A stretch of DNA of 53,876 nucleotides, counting the filler, from Mitosporidium daphniae (lineage: Eukaryota), in assembly GCF_000760515.2 (NCBI RefSeq). It is 2 parts of 2 records of this genome, joined end to end, with 100 filler letters (N's around TTAATTAATTAA, not from the genome) between each part and the next. Parts side by side here need not be neighbours in the genome. Positions count along the whole stretch, not along the records: positions 27,140 to 53,876 come from NW_013546158.1; 1 more part is not named here. One strand, given 5' to 3'. Below, piece after piece: positions 50,842 to 53,876 of this stretch (positions within the stretch are counted from its first letter, which is position 1; every line of letters begins with the position of its first letter). A model generated the notes under the pieces. That model ran no database searches. It was not told where the DNA came from and was given only the letters and a program-made list of their open reading frames with translations. Made by a program: the position numbers and the translations under genes.

Positions 50842-51711
50842 TTATTTTGGAGGCCCATTTCCCTTCATGCCACTTCCAAGGAATTGGGATGCAAGGTTTG
50901 CAATGTTGGGGTTATTTAATAACCCTTTTGCAGCATCAGAGCTCATGAAATTCTGCGCCATAGACATTAAATTTGGATCGGAAAGTAATGAAGATAGGTC
51001 GAATCCTGGAGCATTTGGAGCTGCGTCCTTACTTGAGGGATGCTCATTTGATAACAAAGCCTTGGCCTCTGCTAGTTGCGATGTGATTGACTCGTTTGTC
51101 GGATCCGCCAAAGAGGCTTTTTCAAGGATATCCACAGCAGATTTATACTTTTTTTGTGCCAACAGAACAGAGCCCAATCGTACTTGGGCTTTTGTGTATT
51201 TGGGATCCAACTCGAGCGCCTTGAGACAGTCTTTTTCGGCGTTTGATAGTGCGTTAGCATCCTCTGATTTTAGGTGCATCCATGCTGCAGCTCTGTTAGA
51301 ATAAAAAATAGGCTCGCATGGATTGAATTCTATTGCCTTTGTATATTCATCAATGGCTAGTTGATAGTTTTTCGACAGGAGAGCTTCGTTTCCTAAAAGA
51401 ATAAGATCAGGCACTTATGGCTAACCTTTGGACTTGTGAATGGACGCCATTTCCTTGTCGACCTGCTTTTGGCTAGCCACGTCTTTACCAGTGCCTTCTG
51501 GGCGCAACGAAGCATGGGTGAAAAGCGATTCAAGATCAACCGTATGGCTTTCTGAGGCGGAAGAGAGATCGGAAAGGCATTGGATTGCAACTAGATAAAG
51601 CTAAATGCCGTCTCAAATACCTTCAAGAGATTCCCTTTTGTCGAGTGAAAGATTTTCGGCCAGACAAAGCTTTTTCAAATAAGCAATGATTGATGGAAGT
51701 AAAACTGTCAT
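50842..51711 (-). CDS. SGT2: Sgt2/SGTA TPR co-chaperone
   Basis: Dimerisation motif SIIAYL...ESLE|VAIQCL, TPR (GNEALL..NYQLAIDEYTKAI, YSNRAAA, DPKYTKA..RLG), STI1 tail (LLSDPNLMSMAQNFM). Introns at 51591-51620 and 51393-51425. Confidence 0.9.
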
Positions 51712-51789
51712 TAAAAAAAGTTTATGTGAAAATTAAATTATCGAAATGTAAAGTTTGTGTTGCCAGGAAGCTTGAAAATAAATTTTCTC

Positions 51790-52425
51790 ATGCGGCAATG
51801 TGGCGGTCACCTGCAAGTGTCTTCTCCATTTCAAAATAAATCCCACCATCTCGGCGGGAGATATTCGCCTTTAGGCGGCTTTTGCACTCAGCACTTCATA
51901 AGGTCGTATTGTTGGCGATTTTTCAAACGGTCTTCACCTCCCACGGAATCCCCGGATCATTTAGGCGATACAAAGCCAAAGGGATCCAGGCTTGCATTGG
52001 GGCCACCGATTGAGCGCCTGATTATCAGGTCCAGAATGACGGCAGACACCGACTTGGCGCGGCTTGCTTCCAAAACCATCGCTGCACTTACTTATGGATT
52101 TTTAGGCGTTACGGTAATGGGCACGCTTGGAATAGATACGACACCCATCATCACTGGAATTGGTGTTACCGGATTTACAATCGGGTTTGCCCTGAAAGAG
52201 ATCGCAACAAATTTCCTTTCTGGGGTCCTTCTCATGTTTGAGAAGCCTTTTGAGAAAGGATGCCATCTAAAAATCCACGGGGGAGGAGGGGGTATTGAGG
52301 GAACCGTGACGGCGATTGATCTTCGACATGTGCATCTGAAATTAGAGAACAGCGAGGCTATTGTGCTGGTCCCCTCTTCAGTGGTATACTCAAATCCTTT
52401 GTCTGTGACAAAGCGCAATCATTAG
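51790..52425 (+). CDS. mscS: Small-conductance mechanosensitive channel, minimal bacterial-type MscS
   Basis: LGIDTTPIITGIGVTGFTIGFALKEIATNFLSGVLLMFEKPFEKG...IEGTVTAIDLR....L....IVLVPSS is the MscS TM3/beta-domain signature. Intronless. Confidence 0.88.
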   Translation: MRQCGGHLQVSSPFQNKSHHLGGRYSPLGGFCTQHFIRSYCWRFFKRSSPPTESPDHLGDTKPKGSRLALGPPIERLIIRSRMTADTDLARLASKTIAALTYGFLGVTVMGTLGIDTTPIITGIGVTGFTIGFALKEIATNFLSGVLLMFEKPFEKGCHLKIHGGGGGIEGTVTAIDLRHVHLKLENSEAIVLVPSSVVYSNPLSVTKRNH

Positions 52426-52441
52426 GTTTATAAATTTCAAT

Positions 52442-52783
52442 TTAGAGACCAACTTGATAGTTTATTGAATGGCTATCAAAAGGCTCCTGTGTATCTTGAT
52501 GCTAAACGTGGTGAGTCCAGTTAAAGGGAAAATTTCATACCACTCCGTTGGTAGAGGCAAGGGCCTTTTCGGCCGACGCCTCATTTACAAATGTTACAAA
52601 TCCGAACGCACGTGAGCGTCTGTTGTTGCCGTCATAAATGAGCTTGAAAGATTAGACATTGCCATATGGCTCGTAGATGTCTTGAAGAGTTTTCTCCGTG
52701 GTATACATGGAGAGACCAAAGATACCCAGCACATTCGAAATCGGTCCAGTGGAGGTGGATTCGTTCTGCCGGCTTTCCGCCAT
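52442..52783 (-). pseudogene. Transformer-2 (Tra2)-like RRM gene with internal stop (pseudogene or sequence error)
   Basis: Hand translation: PISNVLGIFGLSMYTTEKTLQDIYEPYGNV*SFKLIYDGNNRRSRAFGFVTFVNEASAEKALASTNGV, matching the Tra2 RNP2 LGVFGLSxYTTE and RNP1 RSRGFAFV. TAA at 52652-52654. Boundaries uncertain. Confidence 0.7.
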
Positions 52784-52972
52784 CTCACCTTCAGCTTCAA
52801 TTTGGGNATCAAATTCCGGTCACTCATTCCAAGTAGACTGAGTCTCGCTAAATTNGTATCGCATGAAGAGCTTGATAATGCATCGGGTAAGCCTCCTATT
52901 CACTGGCAAACATTCCAAAAACCCAATTTAAGTAAAATTTACGGCTGAATTAATTTTTCCAGTACAATAAGA

Positions 52973-53368
52973 ATGCAAGGGTCTATGCTTTCAGTTTTTG
53001 GTTATGATAATCTTCCTTTGTCAAACGCCTTTTTTTACACGTTTCTAGTCTATTTTATCCTCAACTTTTTGTTTCCAATAAGTCTCAAAAGAACTATTAA
53101 CATATTATTTTATAATAAGAAAAAATCATCCTCGACTCTATTTTGGAAAGATGACAAAGTCAAACGCAGCTTTTTTTGGGCATTCCTTTACGCACTCATG
53201 ATCGTTATTATACAAGGCCTGGCGGGGGTTTTTGTTTCCGAAGCTCCTTTAAACCCCCAATATTTAATTCCTATTGTTGGATTCTTTAAAACTTTTATGT
53301 CCATCATACGCAAATTCATGCCCAATAAGGATGCCAACAACCCTTCAGAGACTCCTAAAAAGTCTTAA
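52973..53368 (+). CDS. Hypothetical small membrane protein
   Basis: AT-rich 131-aa ORF with 2-3 hydrophobic segments and AATAAA just after the stop. Confidence 0.55.
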   Translation: MQGSMLSVFGYDNLPLSNAFFYTFLVYFILNFLFPISLKRTINILFYNKKKSSSTLFWKDDKVKRSFFWAFLYALMIVIIQGLAGVFVSEAPLNPQYLIPIVGFFKTFMSIIRKFMPNKDANNPSETPKKS

Positions 53369-53876
53369 AAAATAAACTTTGAGTCACGGTTAGATTTCAT
53401 TAGGATGTTTATTGTATAAGCGGGTTAGGATTAGCGCGTTTACTAGGCCTGATGCCTTAACAAACGGAATTATGGAAATGGGCACTTGGTTTTGAGACTG
53501 CATCAAGTGAAAGCTGCAAAATGTGAGTAGACTGACGAATCAGAATGCAAGTGGAATTAAATTTGGTAGTAAAAACATTAAATTCTGAGGCGAGACAAAT
53601 GTGTATTTGGAGGTAACAAGGTAAAAAGGGGTTTCAAAGAGATCATATCAATGCAAGTTTAGAAGATAATCCAAAGGGGTATATTCCCTACCTCAAGCTT
53701 TTAATTCACTCCTGGGTGTCTTTGGAAAACTCGAATACATAGCAAATTCGATGTCATTCCCTTTTGAAAGGACCTGAAGAGTACCGTGTTGAGTCTTGAC
53801 CCAGGAAAGTGGGTTAGCTAAACAAAAAATCAAAGAAATGCCCCGGAATACTACAAAAAATTAGGCTCAGATCGGA

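Noticed and set aside
53690..53876. Possible 3' exon on the minus strand (ANPLSWVKTQHGTLQVLSKGNDIEFAMYSSFPKTPRSELKA*)
   Set aside because: Short, unrecognised and cut by the window edge; cannot be supported.

Overview
This is not a prokaryotic window. It is a very gene-dense stretch of a compact, intron-rich eukaryotic genome. About 30 mostly housekeeping genes are split by very short (23-36 nt) GT-AG spliceosomal introns and separated by spacers often only 12-70 bp long. The gene set includes mitochondrial genes (COQ8, MIX23, TIM50, a carrier), peroxisomal PEX6, FANCJ, Pol kappa, TBL1 and a Tra2-like RRM. Together with the compaction, this suggests an early-diverging fungal or Rozellomycota/microsporidia-grade organism; that is inference, as no search was run. 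An artificial scaffold linker (N...TTAATTAATTAA...N) at 27040-27139 means the two halves may not be truly adjacent. Several genes missed or fragmented by the ORF track were reconstructed by hand (SUN-domain 3' end, MIX23, WBP11, GPI8, PQ-loop protein, SGT2, Tra2-like RRM). Most notable: a minimal bacterial-type MscS with a mitochondrial-presequence-like leader; in-frame TAA codons in the same TC-TAA-T context in two conserved genes; a GPI8 with no room for a signal peptide; a 22-bp terminal-inverted-repeat element; TTAGGG telo-boxes in spacers; and structured islands in the few long spacers (candidate ncRNAs). I cannot support a wholly new multi-gene system.
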